From positions 1-52,031 of the forward strand of contig SLRC01000059.1 of NCBI GenBank assembly GCA_007131175.1: a stretch of 52,031 nucleotides of DNA, in the 5' to 3' direction. The stretch comes from Syntrophomonadaceae bacterium (GTDB lineage: Bacteria; Bacillota; Dethiobacteria; DTU022; UBA8154). This document shows, piece by piece, positions 7,839 to 17,947 of this stretch; position 1 is the first letter of the stretch, and every line of letters starts with the position of its first letter. Position numbers and translations under genes: made by a program. The notes under the pieces are model-generated. The model was not told the origin of the DNA. It ran no database searches and saw nothing but the letters and a program-made list of their open reading frames with translations.

Positions 7839-8339
7839 CTATTTATCAAACACATAGACCCTGCCTGCTTCACGAAAAGCAAGCAGGTTTTCTTCACTTT
7901 CTTTTTTGCGTGGCGGCAGATATTCATATACTTCCCCTTCATCATTTTTACGTTGCATATAGTTCTCTTTTCGCGTTTCAATAATCAATTCTTTATGGAA
8001 TTCTTTTAAAACAAGGGAGCTGACTAAGTTAACTTCCTCAATAGAAATATTACTATTTTTCCATGTAACCTGCAACAATGTACGCCCGTCCACATTTCTC
8101 CGTTTGATTCTCGTCGTGTGATTAACACTAACCATATCCTTGAAGGTAACCAAACAATCGGAAAAACTTTTTCTGAAAGTTATGTAGCGTTCATTCTCCA
8201 GCACTTCTTTTAGCATGAATGAGATACAAAACAAGTTTTTAGATAAATTATAATTTATAAAAAAGACATGGGGATATCGCAAAAGCAGGTAGATTAACAT
8301 ATTTACATTGGATGTCTCTTCAGCTTGTTTTACGCTCAA
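7839..8339 (-). CDS. Hypothetical protein, 166 aa, AT-rich orphan
   Basis: ORF with TTG start 8 nt after GGAGTG. I recognise no motif. It sits between the rny terminator and the non-coding block. Confidence 0.5.
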   Translation of the reverse strand: MSVKQAEETSNVNMLIYLLLRYPHVFFINYNLSKNLFCISFMLKEVLENERYITFRKSFSDCLVTFKDMVSVNHTTRIKRRNVDGRTLLQVTWKNSNISIEEVNLVSSLVLKEFHKELIIETRKENYMQRKNDEGEVYEYLPPRKKESEENLLAFREAGRVYVFDK

Positions 8340-8465
8340 ATTTTCAACACTCCAGACCTTGTCCCTTATTTCTATCTTAATTAATGTGTAAAAGCTTGGA
8401 TTATGCTAATCCCTTAAAATCGTGCTTACATTATTCCATAAGTGCCCGAAGAAATCCTTCTTAAA

Positions 8466-8495
8466 AATAAAAAAAGTGCCGGTTGGCACTTTTTT
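8466..8495 (-). terminator. Rho-independent terminator after rny
   Basis: AGUGCC-(4 nt loop)-GGCACU hairpin flanked by an A-run and a T-run (bidirectional geometry), about 25 nt past the rny stop. Confidence 0.8.
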
Positions 8496-8516
8496 CTAAT
8501 ATCAATTAGCGATCAA

Positions 8517-10052
8517 TTAACGGGCGTATTCAATTGCCCTTGTTTCCCGGATAACTACTACTTTAATTTGCCCGGGATACTCCATCTCCTGCTCTATCTT
8601 TTTAACTATATCCCTGGCAACCTGGATTGCATTCAGGTCATTTATTTTATCCGGTTTAACCATAATACGAATCTCCCTTCCTGCCTGAATGGCAAAGGCC
8701 TTTTCCACTCCATCAAAAGAATCGGCAATATCTTCAAGCTTCTCCAGACGTTTAATATATGATTCAAGGGTTTCACGACGGGCACCCGGGCGAGCTGCTG
8801 ATATGGCATCCGCAGCCTGTATTAAAACAGCCTCCATCGTTTGTGGATCATAATCACCGTGATGAGACATGATGGCATTAATTACTTCGGGTGATTCCCG
8901 GTACTTCTTCGCCGCCTCAGCGCCGTGGTAAATATGTGGGCCTTCAACTTCATGATCAATGGCTTTACCAATGTCATGCAGCAAGCCTGCCCGCTTGGCC
9001 ATTTTTACATCAAGACCCAGTTCAGCAGCCATTATACCGGCCAGGTGGGATACTTCAATGGAATGCTTAAGCACGTTTTGACCGTAACTGGTGCGAAACC
9101 TCAAGCGGCCAAGCATCTTAATTATTTCCGGGTGAATTCCATGAACATTTACAGAGAAAGCAGCCTGCTCACCCTCTTCTCTAATCTGCACATCAACTTC
9201 ATGGCGCGCTTTCTCAACCATCTCCTCAATACGGGCCGGATGAATTCGTCCGTCAACAATTAATTTTTCCAGGGCTATCCGGGCAACTTCCCGCCTGATC
9301 GGATCAAAACCTGATAAAATGACCGCTTCGGGAGTATCATCAATAATCAGATCAATACCGGTAAGGGTCTCCAGAGTACGGATATTCCTACCTTCACGTC
9401 CAATAATACGGCCTTTCATTTCATCGTTGGGTAAGTTTACCACAGATACTGTGGATTCGGAGACATGATCGGCAGCACACCTTTGAATAGCCTGGGTGAT
9501 AATTTCACGTGCTTTTTTATCCCCTTCTTCCTTGGCCTGTTGTTCCACATCCTTAATCAGTTGGGCTATTTCATGCTGTATTTCGTTCTTAACCCTTTGT
9601 AAAAGAATATCCTTAGCTTCATCTGTGCATAAACCGGAAATTCTTTCAAGCTCTGCTAGCTGCTGGTTATACGTTTGATCGAGCTTTTCCCGAACAATTA
9701 TTGTTTCTTTTTCACGGTATTTCAGATCCTCTTCCTTTTTCTCCAAATTGGCAGTTTTCTTATCCAGCGATTCTTCTTTCTGCATGATTCGCCTTTCAAA
9801 TCGCTGCAATTCGGAACGACGTTCTTTTACTTCTTTTTCCAGTTCATTCCTGAGCCGGTGAACTTCATCCTTGGCTTCAATAATTTTTTCTTTCTTGATT
9901 GATTCGTTCTTTTCTTCTGCCTCTTTTAAAATTTTGAGTGCCTGCTCCTCGGCTGAAGATATTTTGGCTTCTGCAAGGTTTTTGCGCAAGATATAACCGC
10001 CACAGATTCCCAGTAAAAGTCCGACGATGGCAATAATAATGTTAGTAACCAA
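8517..10052 (-). CDS. rny: Ribonuclease Y
   Basis: N-terminal TM segment, long coiled-coil, KH domain ([12 protein letters not shown]) and HD domain (LLHDIGKA). 511 aa, TTG start after GGGGAGGTGA. Confidence 0.95.
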   Translation of the reverse strand: MVTNIIIAIVGLLLGICGGYILRKNLAEAKISSAEEQALKILKEAEEKNESIKKEKIIEAKDEVHRLRNELEKEVKERRSELQRFERRIMQKEESLDKKTANLEKKEEDLKYREKETIIVREKLDQTYNQQLAELERISGLCTDEAKDILLQRVKNEIQHEIAQLIKDVEQQAKEEGDKKAREIITQAIQRCAADHVSESTVSVVNLPNDEMKGRIIGREGRNIRTLETLTGIDLIIDDTPEAVILSGFDPIRREVARIALEKLIVDGRIHPARIEEMVEKARHEVDVQIREEGEQAAFSVNVHGIHPEIIKMLGRLRFRTSYGQNVLKHSIEVSHLAGIMAAELGLDVKMAKRAGLLHDIGKAIDHEVEGPHIYHGAEAAKKYRESPEVINAIMSHHGDYDPQTMEAVLIQAADAISAARPGARRETLESYIKRLEKLEDIADSFDGVEKAFAIQAGREIRIMVKPDKINDLNAIQVARDIVKKIEQEMEYPGQIKVVVIRETRAIEYAR

Positions 10053-10084
10053 TATAGAATCTCACCTCCCCTTTGATGATACAA

Positions 10085-10111
10085 TAAAAAAAAGCTGCAC
10101 AATTACAGCTT
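10085..10111 (-). terminator. Terminator-like hairpin plus U8 tract inside the recA-rny spacer, about 30 nt upstream of the rny start
   Basis: Minus strand: AAGCUG-uaauugug-CAGCUU followed by UUUUUUUU, then the RBS and TTG of rny. Confidence 0.6.
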
Positions 10112-10323
10112 AAATATAGAAATGGCCATATTAAACTCTTCAGGATCAAATTGTTATTTTATCCTGCTTCTTTATAATGAAGTGCCAGTAACGACATCAT
10201 TTATGGTCAAGTCTATTTAAAAAAAGCTGTAATGCTTTTTAATAAATCTTACTGTTATCATTCTATCCTTTTATTTTACTTTATGTCAAGTAATAAAGTT
10301 TTTTTACGCTTTAGGATTAACAA

Positions 10324-11358
10324 TTATTTTATTTCAATGTTGCCATTTACCTTCTCCTGTTCAACTTTTCCCGGTATTGGAAGGTTATATTTAATACGAA
10401 TCTGCTCCTCAATAGAATTACTTATCTCCGGGTTCCCCTTAAGATACTCCCTTGCATTTTCTTTTCCCTGCCCAATTTTTTCCTCACCAAAAGAATACCA
10501 GGTTCCGCTTTTACTAATAATGTCCTGCTCCAAGGCCAAATCAAGGATACACCCTTCCCTGGAAATACCCTTGCCATAGATGATATCAAACTCTGCTTGC
10601 CTGAAAGGTGGGGCCACTTTGTTTTTCACTACTTTGGCCTTGGTACGGTTGCCGATTATATCGTTCCCCTGCTTCAAGGGTTCCTGCTTGCGCACATCGA
10701 TCCTGATTGTTGCATAAAACTTCAGGGCCCTACCCCCGGGAGTTGTTTCCGGATTTCCAAACATCACCCCCACTTTTTCCCGCATCTGGTTAATAAAAAT
10801 AGTTGTAGGCATAAATTTACTTACCGCACCTGACAGCTTACGCATAGCCTGAGACATTAACCTGGCTTGCAGTCCCACATGAGTGTCACCCATCTCTCCT
10901 TCAATTTCCGCACGGGGTACCAGGGCTGCCACTGAATCGACCACTATTACATCAATGGCTCCACTACGTACCAGTGCTTCCGAGATCTCCAGCGCCTGCT
11001 CACCCGTATCTGGCTGGGAAACCAGGAGTTCGTCAATATTTACACCCAACCGTTTAGCATAAAGAGGATCAAGGGCATGTTCCGCATCAATAAATGCAGC
11101 ATATCCTCCCCTCCTCTGTGCTTCTGCAATAACATGCAGAGCTACAGTTGTTTTTCCAGAAGATTCGGGGCCAAATATTTCAATAATGCGGCCACGGGGC
11201 AGGCCACCAACCCCCAGAGCCAGATCAAGGGTTAAGGCCCCGGTTGGAATTACAGAAACATTTGCCCTGGTATCCGATCCCAGTTTCATAATGGATCCTT
11301 TTCCATGCTGCTTTTCTATCTGCAATAAAGCCATTTCCAATGCTTTATCTCTTTCCAT
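10324..11358 (-). CDS. recA: Recombinase RecA
   Basis: Canonical RecA sequence ([29 protein letters not shown]). ATG follows AAGGAGG. Confidence 0.97.
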   Translation of the reverse strand: MERDKALEMALLQIEKQHGKGSIMKLGSDTRANVSVIPTGALTLDLALGVGGLPRGRIIEIFGPESSGKTTVALHVIAEAQRRGGYAAFIDAEHALDPLYAKRLGVNIDELLVSQPDTGEQALEISEALVRSGAIDVIVVDSVAALVPRAEIEGEMGDTHVGLQARLMSQAMRKLSGAVSKFMPTTIFINQMREKVGVMFGNPETTPGGRALKFYATIRIDVRKQEPLKQGNDIIGNRTKAKVVKNKVAPPFRQAEFDIIYGKGISREGCILDLALEQDIISKSGTWYSFGEEKIGQGKENAREYLKGNPEISNSIEEQIRIKYNLPIPGKVEQEKVNGNIEIK

Positions 11359-11435
11359 TTTGTCCTCCTTGGCTTAAATATAAAAATACACTTTGCTTTT
11401 CTACATGGGAAAGGGAAAATCCTTCCTTTACGTTG

Positions 11436-12020
11436 TCATTTTAATAAAAACTTCCCCGCTGATCTGTAAATTGGTCCGGAAGAAGTTATAATGCTTTCCA
11501 TCAAATAAAAACTATCCACATTTAGGGTGCCTGCACAGAGCCATTTCCTGGCTAAAGCATCCTGTGAAATATGTACCGTTTCATTTATTTTTGCCCTGCC
11601 AATGGTAAGGTGCGGTTTAAATTTTTCTTTACCTTGCCTTTTTTTTTGCCCCGATTTTTCCTCTTTTACACCAAGAATCTCTTCTATCGCTCGATCAACA
11701 TGCATAGCCAGACCCTTTAGTTCTTCCACACCTTTTTCCACGCCAATCCAAATAACTCTGGGTTTTTTTAAACTGGGAAATATGCCTGTTCGGGAAAAAG
11801 AAAGGGTAAAAGAAGTATTCTTATGTGCAATTACATTCATTGCCCCACTAAGAGCTGGAATAACTGCCCGGTCTATTTCCCCAAGAAATCTAAGGGTAAT
11901 ATGCAGCAGTTCACTCCTTACCCAGCGAATTCCCTGAACTTTGCTTTCCATTTCAAGTTGAATTCGCTCTATTTCCTTTCGCATATGCTGATCCAGATTC
12001 ACGGCAATAAAAACACGCAC
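11436..12020 (-). CDS. thpR: RNA 2',3'-cyclic phosphodiesterase / 2'-5' RNA ligase family (2H phosphoesterase)
   Basis: Two HxT motifs (LHITLRFLG, PHLTIGR). About 190 aa, GTG start after GAGGT. Confidence 0.8.
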   Translation of the reverse strand: MRVFIAVNLDQHMRKEIERIQLEMESKVQGIRWVRSELLHITLRFLGEIDRAVIPALSGAMNVIAHKNTSFTLSFSRTGIFPSLKKPRVIWIGVEKGVEELKGLAMHVDRAIEEILGVKEEKSGQKKRQGKEKFKPHLTIGRAKINETVHISQDALARKWLCAGTLNVDSFYLMESIITSSGPIYRSAGKFLLK

Positions 12021-12101
12021 CTTGTTTACCTCTAATCCCTAAACTAACTATCTATTTCTATTTCCACTCAAAAACAGATATCCCTTCCTACTGTATATAA
12101 A

Positions 12102-13538
12102 TTATTCCAGGAAATACCGCTCGAAATTAAAATGGAGTGGAAATTGATTAACTGTTAATAAATCCACTGTCTGAGGCAGCCAACCGGCATTTTCACCCTG
12201 CAAAGTAAAATTAACCAGGACCAGGTTGTACTCCATTTGCATGTTTTGCAAACCCCGGATTCCTGAAGCTCCGCTGCTTCCTGCATTAATTTCAATGTAG
12301 TTATCACCCATGGAAACTGAAGAACGGTGCATGTGCCCACCAAGCAGCAAGTTTCCATTGTTCCGGAGAAAACGAAACAATGCGGGGTTATGTGCTGCAA
12401 CAACATCTACCCCTTTGCCATTGTCCACAATGTCCATTAATTTTTTTGCACTGGCTTCCAGCATTTCCTCATCTGCAACGACGCTCGTATGATAACTTGC
12501 AGACGGATCGGCGATGGCAGCGATACGCAGCCCTTTTTTTTGTAAAATTCCTTCCTCCAAAACTGTTACATTTCGCACAGACTTCAATTGTCCTACCACT
12601 GTAGGAGATTCATGATTGCCAGGTACAAAGATATAGGGAACAGAAAGGGATTCCAGTGCTTCTACCAAGAGGTTCAATTCCAGAGTTGTTCCGAAATCCA
12701 CAAGGTCGCCTGTATCCACAATTAAGTCAACTTCATAATGATCAAGAACACGTCTGATCAATTGAAAAGCGGCAGGATTGTTATGGATATCAGAAACATG
12801 CAGGAGTGAAAGGGTTTTTCCTTCTTCCCCAGATGATCCTGTACTGGCCTCAATCTCCTGCTGCAAAAAAGTTACGCCCTTTACTACATCCCCAAATTGC
12901 TCGCCCAGGTCTTCTACCAGCTTGTGGCCCTGCTCCAGTACCTGGAGAACCAGGGGAGTTGCCTCCACCATTCCTTCATACTCGGCACGGGAAAAGGATT
13001 CGGCATCATATGTGAAAGCTGTTAATAGAAATAATAGAGATAGCACAGATACATTAACTATTCCCAAGCTTAATGCTTCCTTTTTATTGACACGATGACG
13101 GCACCATAAAAACGCACTGCCTGTTCCCAGGCAAAACGATAAAATCAAAAGGAATGCAAAGTATTTAAGCATGTTTGTTTTTATTTCGTTGGTCATGGCA
13201 AGGGGCAGTCTCGATAGTAAGGCAGACTTATCGTCATGCATATCTGCAATTTTTTCCAGGTGAATATTTTTCAGGGTGAAATGCAGATCGAGGGGAGAAT
13301 TATGGGTAGGTGCTTTAATACGTCCCAGCGGGGGAAGGTGAACAATTGTCCGTCCACTTTCATGTAAGTTTACTCTCACTGCCGTTTCAAGCTCAAGCGC
13401 CCCGGCTTGAAAAGTGTAGAAGCCCAAGAATTGCAATAAAAACAGCATCCCGAGAATTGCCAACGGGTATTTAAGAAATCTTTGTAAATTGTTCAAGTTA
13501 AACAACAGTTTATACAGCTTCCTTCTGTTCCTTCCCAA
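12102..13538 (-). CDS. Membrane-anchored calcineurin-like metallophosphoesterase
   Basis: Three N-terminal hydrophobic segments, then HVSDIHN, DTGDLVDFG, PGNHES and GGHMH motifs. The 5' end overlaps the upstream gene. The exact start (TTG) is uncertain. Confidence 0.75.
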   Translation of the reverse strand: MGRNRRKLYKLLFNLNNLQRFLKYPLAILGMLFLLQFLGFYTFQAGALELETAVRVNLHESGRTIVHLPPLGRIKAPTHNSPLDLHFTLKNIHLEKIADMHDDKSALLSRLPLAMTNEIKTNMLKYFAFLLILSFCLGTGSAFLWCRHRVNKKEALSLGIVNVSVLSLLFLLTAFTYDAESFSRAEYEGMVEATPLVLQVLEQGHKLVEDLGEQFGDVVKGVTFLQQEIEASTGSSGEEGKTLSLLHVSDIHNNPAAFQLIRRVLDHYEVDLIVDTGDLVDFGTTLELNLLVEALESLSVPYIFVPGNHESPTVVGQLKSVRNVTVLEEGILQKKGLRIAAIADPSASYHTSVVADEEMLEASAKKLMDIVDNGKGVDVVAAHNPALFRFLRNNGNLLLGGHMHRSSVSMGDNYIEINAGSSGASGIRGLQNMQMEYNLVLVNFTLQGENAGWLPQTVDLLTVNQFPLHFNFERYFLE

Positions 13539-15006
13539 GCAGCTTCCGCAGATGGTTCCCGCTAATTTTCTCTTGCTCCAGCAGGTAGTGCGAAACTTTT
13601 TCTACCACAGACAGATTTTTACGAATTAATTCTCGCACTCTCTTTTCCTGGGAACTGATAATTTCTTTCATATTTTCGTGTAATACACCGCCGGGCAGAT
13701 CATTGAGGCTAACAACACCCATGGAAGAGAGGCCGGAAGATATTATGGTTTTAGCAAGGTCCATAGCCTGTTGGAAGTCCATGGTTGCCCCTGTGCTACG
13801 GCTGCCAAGCAACTCTTCCTCACAAATCGCACCTCCCATTAATACGGCAATCTGTCCTTCCAGATATTCTTTGGTAAAAAGATGACTGTCTTTTTCCGGA
13901 ATCTGTCGGATATATCCCATTGCTTTGCCACGGGGAACAATTGTCACGGTAGAAATGGATGTGGGCCTTATACACTCACTGATCAGGGCATGACCGCTTT
14001 CGTGAACGGCTATGCGCCTACAATCTTCTTTGTCAGGCCGGCGGTCCGCCTTTTCACCCATTATTACCTTGTCAATTGCTTCTTTAAGATGCTTTTCTCC
14101 CAGGATATTTACTTTCTCACGAAAAGCAAGGATAGCCGCCTCGTTAGTCAGTGATTCCAACTGTGCTCCAGAAAAACCAAAGGTCTCAGATGCAATCTTA
14201 TCCAATTTTACTTCCGGTGCCAGGGGTTTATTACGGGCATGGATATTTAATATTTGCAGTCTTCCCTTCAGGTCGGGAAGATCTACCTGCACAATACGGT
14301 CAAAACGTCCCGGTCTGAGCAGGGCACTATCCAACAGATCATGTCTGTTGGTAGCAGCAACCATAAGGACAGTCACATCATCATCCATACTGAGACCATC
14401 CATCTCCACCAACAATTGATTCAACGTCTGGTCGTACTCCAGGTGTGAGCTGTGGCTTCCCCTTTTTGCTCCCAGTATTTCTATTTCATCAATAAAAACA
14501 ATGGCACTATTCTTTTTTTTATTTTTTGCCATGGTGCGGGCCTGGTTAAATATTTTTCTTACCCTCTGTGCTCCCACACCGGCATACATTTCAATAAACT
14601 CACTTCCTGCTGCAGGAATAAATACGGAATTTGTATAAGAAGCAGCGGCACGGGCCAGCAGTGTTTTTCCTGTTCCCGGAGGGCCGGCGAGCAGAATTCC
14701 TTTCAGTGGCCTTATTCCCAGGGCCTTGATCATGGACGGATTGCGCAGAAAATCAAGTGCTTCCCGTAATTCCCGTTTAGCAGATTCCTGACCCCCAATA
14801 TCCTCAAAGCAGATGGAATCTTTCTTTTTAACGCTGGAAGCATTTTTTACAGCGCCAAACTGTTTTAATCCACCCTTCATATCCATCATCCTAAATATTA
14901 AAAAGACCAGGGCACCGAGAAATAACAGGGGGTAAATATTCAACCCCAGCAGTAATAATCCGCCAAGAATACCCAAACCGCTACCGATTCCGATTTCCTT
15001 AATCAT
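13510..15006 (-). CDS. Short FtsH-family AAA+ zinc metalloprotease lacking an extracytoplasmic domain
   Basis: A hydrophobic N-terminal hairpin is directly followed by Walker A (GPPGTGKT), Walker B (VFIDEIE), SRH (RPGRFDR) and HESGHA. 498 aa. ATG follows GGGAGG. Confidence 0.85.
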   Translation of the reverse strand: MIKEIGIGSGLGILGGLLLLGLNIYPLLFLGALVFLIFRMMDMKGGLKQFGAVKNASSVKKKDSICFEDIGGQESAKRELREALDFLRNPSMIKALGIRPLKGILLAGPPGTGKTLLARAAASYTNSVFIPAAGSEFIEMYAGVGAQRVRKIFNQARTMAKNKKKNSAIVFIDEIEILGAKRGSHSSHLEYDQTLNQLLVEMDGLSMDDDVTVLMVAATNRHDLLDSALLRPGRFDRIVQVDLPDLKGRLQILNIHARNKPLAPEVKLDKIASETFGFSGAQLESLTNEAAILAFREKVNILGEKHLKEAIDKVIMGEKADRRPDKEDCRRIAVHESGHALISECIRPTSISTVTIVPRGKAMGYIRQIPEKDSHLFTKEYLEGQIAVLMGGAICEEELLGSRSTGATMDFQQAMDLAKTIISSGLSSMGVVSLNDLPGGVLHENMKEIISSQEKRVRELIRKNLSVVEKVSHYLLEQEKISGNHLRKLLGKEQKEAV

Positions 15007-15057
15007 ATACAGCCTCCCATAAAGATCAGATTCAGATACGCTGACAGGCAGGAATAT

Positions 15058-15603
15058 TTATGGCCTGCTTTTAGGCTGATCAAATGCAATAGACCGGTGT
15101 TTGATGGGAATAACCTCGTACAAGAAATATTCGCCCGCACCTAATTGAAGATAAATAGCTTCTTGGTCCACACTGAGGGAATAAGACTGCAATTCTTTTT
15201 CTTCTGCCAGGATAAGTTTAATTTCTTTGTTCATTTTTGTATAATTGCCCTGCCTTTCCCCTTCCATAAGGGCAAACTGTATCTTTTCGTAAAGAGAGAG
15301 CAGATATGGGTTTCTTCGATCCACGATGGTTAACTTTTCCACATCTTCGCCCCGTACCTCTAAAACACTTTCAATTTCCCGGTATACCTCAGCAAAGTGG
15401 GGAACATATCCCAGGGTAACGGATATTTCATTTGCTTTGCCAACTTCCATAGAAACAGCTTCCACTGCATCAAGGGTTAGCAGTTGTTCCCTTAGGGGTT
15501 CCACCACCAGATTCTGCTGGCGCCAGTAGTTGGCAACATATATAAGGGAAAACGTTATTAAAAAAGCAATAATTACAACCGGCCATTTCAAAGATATTTT
15601 CAA
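15058..15603 (-). CDS. Hypothetical single-pass membrane protein
   Basis: ORF 15058..15618. I prefer the TTG at 15603, 9 nt after GGAG. N-terminal TM segment (WPVVIIAFLITFSLIYV). No recognised domain. Confidence 0.55.
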   Translation of the reverse strand: MKISLKWPVVIIAFLITFSLIYVANYWRQQNLVVEPLREQLLTLDAVEAVSMEVGKANEISVTLGYVPHFAEVYREIESVLEVRGEDVEKLTIVDRRNPYLLSLYEKIQFALMEGERQGNYTKMNKEIKLILAEEKELQSYSLSVDQEAIYLQLGAGEYFLYEVIPIKHRSIAFDQPKSRP

Positions 15604-15654
15604 TAATACCAGCTCCACACCATAATCTGGTTAACATAATATGTTTACATAAGT

Positions 15655-15683
15655 ATTATAACAGAGACATCCCCATGTAACAA
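15655..15683 (-). promoter_or_regulatory. Sigma-A-type promoter for the membrane-protein/FtsH-like/phosphoesterase module
   Basis: Minus strand: TTGTTA, 17-nt spacer, TATAAT. It lies immediately downstream of the rimO terminator. Confidence 0.6.
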
Positions 15684-15686
15684 CAC

Positions 15687-15719
15687 AAAAAACCCTTCGC
15701 GAAAAACGAAGGGTTTTTT
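15687..15719 (-). terminator. Rho-independent terminator after rimO
   Basis: AAAAAACCCUUCG-cgaaaaa-CGAAGGGUUUUUU, a perfect hairpin with a U-tract. Confidence 0.85.
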
Positions 15720-15732
15720 GTTTGGTTTGTTA

Positions 15733-17064
15733 TCAGGATTCTTTTCCCACGTATTCTGTGGTTGCCAGGAGGTTGTAAGTACCTGCTCCCGTAATAAATA
15801 CTTTTTTAAACAGACCTTTTTTATGCCTGCCTCTTCCGCTGACAATTACCTTTCCGTCCACTTCAGGCGCCTGAGATTGGAGCCTGGCAGCAGCCCTTCC
15901 TTTAAGCTTCACTTCATCAATTAATACCATGCACCTTTTGCCTAAGAGTTTGCGATTGAAATCCCGGGAAATGAAGGCCTGCTGCTCCATTACCAGCCTT
16001 TGCCTTTCCTGGGCCAATTCCCCAGGTACCTGGTTTTGTTCTTTAAAGGCACGGGTACTACGTTCCCCCGAAAAAGTAAATGCACCAAGACGTTCAAAAG
16101 GATGATTTCGCAGGAATGAAAGAAGTTCATTAAATTCTTTTTTCCCTTCAGCAGGGTATCCAACCATTACGGTAGTCCGAAGGGCCACACCGGGAATCAT
16201 ACTTCTAATTTTCTCGTAGAGGGAAATAATATCCTTCTTTGTAGTACCCCGTCCCATATGGTTCATAATAGGCTCGCTCACATGTTGGAGAGGCATATCG
16301 ATGTATTTACACACTTTTTCTTCTTCAGCAATTAGCTTGAGCAGCCCTTCATCCATATGGGCAGGATGGGTATAAAGAATACGGATCCATGACAATCCTT
16401 TTATTTTACAAAGCTGTTGCAGCAGTTGTCCCAGCATTTTTTTACCATAGAGATCCAAACCGTATGCAGTGGTGTCCTGGGCAACCAGGTTTATTTCCCT
16501 GGCTCCCAGCTCTTGCAGGACCCTTGCTTCTGCCAAAACATCTTCCATCTTTCTGCTGCGCAGGGGACCACGTAAAAAAGGGATCAGGCAGTAAGAGCAG
16601 CGGTTATCACAACCTTCGGCAATTTTAAGATAAACACTATGGGGTGAAGCTGTTAATAACCGTTTTTCCCCCCTTTTCTGATAACGGGGACTATCTTTTA
16701 TCTGAAAAGCCCTGCGCAAAAACAGGGGTATTGAATCATATGTTTCGGGGGCAAATGTTTTATCTATCCCTGGAAAAATTGTTTTAATTTTATGCTCATT
16801 GTAATAACGGGCAAGACAGCCTGTCAAAATTATTTTTGGTGATTTTCCAACCATTTTATTTTTATTTTTAACCAGCTTCCCAGTTTCCTGCAACGATTCA
16901 TGGCGGGCTGACTTTAAAAAAGCACATGTGTTAATAATTGCCACATCAGCATCAGTTATTTTTGCTGTGGGCACATAACCTTCTCCACAAAGAGATCCGC
17001 CTATTTTTTCAGTATCAACAAGGTTCTTTGCACAGCCGAGGGACAGCATATAGAATTTTTTCAC
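15733..17064 (-). CDS. rimO: Ribosomal protein S12 methylthiotransferase RimO (radical SAM, MiaB family)
   Basis: SLGCAKNLVDTE N-terminus, CxxxCxxC radical-SAM motif (CDNRCSYC) and a C-terminal TRAM-like region. Confidence 0.85.
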   Translation of the reverse strand: MKKFYMLSLGCAKNLVDTEKIGGSLCGEGYVPTAKITDADVAIINTCAFLKSARHESLQETGKLVKNKNKMVGKSPKIILTGCLARYYNEHKIKTIFPGIDKTFAPETYDSIPLFLRRAFQIKDSPRYQKRGEKRLLTASPHSVYLKIAEGCDNRCSYCLIPFLRGPLRSRKMEDVLAEARVLQELGAREINLVAQDTTAYGLDLYGKKMLGQLLQQLCKIKGLSWIRILYTHPAHMDEGLLKLIAEEEKVCKYIDMPLQHVSEPIMNHMGRGTTKKDIISLYEKIRSMIPGVALRTTVMVGYPAEGKKEFNELLSFLRNHPFERLGAFTFSGERSTRAFKEQNQVPGELAQERQRLVMEQQAFISRDFNRKLLGKRCMVLIDEVKLKGRAAARLQSQAPEVDGKVIVSGRGRHKKGLFKKVFITGAGTYNLLATTEYVGKES

Positions 17065-17066
17065 TG

Positions 17067-17897
17067 TTATTCTTCCCTACGAATTGTAACATTAAAAGGA
17101 TTTGTAATACCTGAAAGGCTTATTGCCTGACCATTTACCAAAATGGAAGCCACAGGGGGATTACCAAAACGGATAGTTGTTTCCCGGGCATCACCGATCC
17201 TGTGCTGCTGGCCATCGCTAAACGTTCCCTGTTGGACAAAGCGGCCATCCTGTTGAATGCTAATCCAGCAATCCCCCGTAAAAAGCAGCACAATTTCCTT
17301 TTCTTCAGCTTCTTTTAGGATATAGGTAGCCTGACGACTATCTTCCATGTGGAGGGTTAAAACTGGCTCATCCACCGTTTGCACAGGGGGCTCGGTGAAA
17401 TCGTTTTTATTATCGTACAGATATTCATTATTATCTTCATCCAATTCATCGGGCAGAAATTCTCCGGGGTAAGGTACTTTTTCCCCGTTGTTTACCCCCT
17501 GGTCATAACGATACCAGATGCTGCCTCCAACCACAAAAATAAGGACAGCGATCCAGACTAAAGCTACCATGGGAAAGGGTTTTTTTGCCATTTTTATGAG
17601 TGGCTTCTTCTTTTTGCTCCCTTTCCCCCCACTGTTCACAACTTCCTGATTGGAAAGATCGTTCTGTTCAACAACACGGTTATAAAGGGAGAAGAGTTCC
17701 TGGGCATCCAGTCCAATATATTCCCCGTAATTGCGTAGAGCACCCTTTAAGTATACCTTCCCGGCAAACCTGGAGAAATTTCCCTGCTCCAGATCCTGCA
17801 GTAATCTTACAGGAATTTTTGTATCATTACTGATCTGTTCAAGGGTTATTCCTTTTTCCTCACGTGCTTCACGCAATAATTCACCGATTTCTTTCAT
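17067..17897 (-). CDS. RodZ-like HTH (XRE) membrane protein
   Basis: N-terminal HTH (GITLEQISNDTKIPVRLLQDLE), a central TM segment and a C-terminal DUF4115-like domain. Confidence 0.7.
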   Translation of the reverse strand: MKEIGELLREAREEKGITLEQISNDTKIPVRLLQDLEQGNFSRFAGKVYLKGALRNYGEYIGLDAQELFSLYNRVVEQNDLSNQEVVNSGGKGSKKKKPLIKMAKKPFPMVALVWIAVLIFVVGGSIWYRYDQGVNNGEKVPYPGEFLPDELDEDNNEYLYDNKNDFTEPPVQTVDEPVLTLHMEDSRQATYILKEAEEKEIVLLFTGDCWISIQQDGRFVQQGTFSDGQQHRIGDARETTIRFGNPPVASILVNGQAISLSGITNPFNVTIRREE

Positions 17898-17947
17898 GTT
17901 TACACCCCCAATTTGGAGAAGAACGGCTAATGCTACAAAAATACTTG

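Noticed and set aside
7700-8470. Type III toxin-antitoxin, retron or other RNA-plus-small-protein defence module around the orphan ORF
   Set aside because: There are no tandem RNA repeats next to the ORF, no reverse transcriptase, and no similarity to ToxN-like proteins that I can see. The evidence is insufficient to call it.
11359-11435. LexA (Cheo box, GAAC-N4-GTTC) operator upstream of recA
   Set aside because: I found no such palindrome in the 77-nt spacer. It may lie further upstream within thpR, but I could not verify that, so I make no claim.
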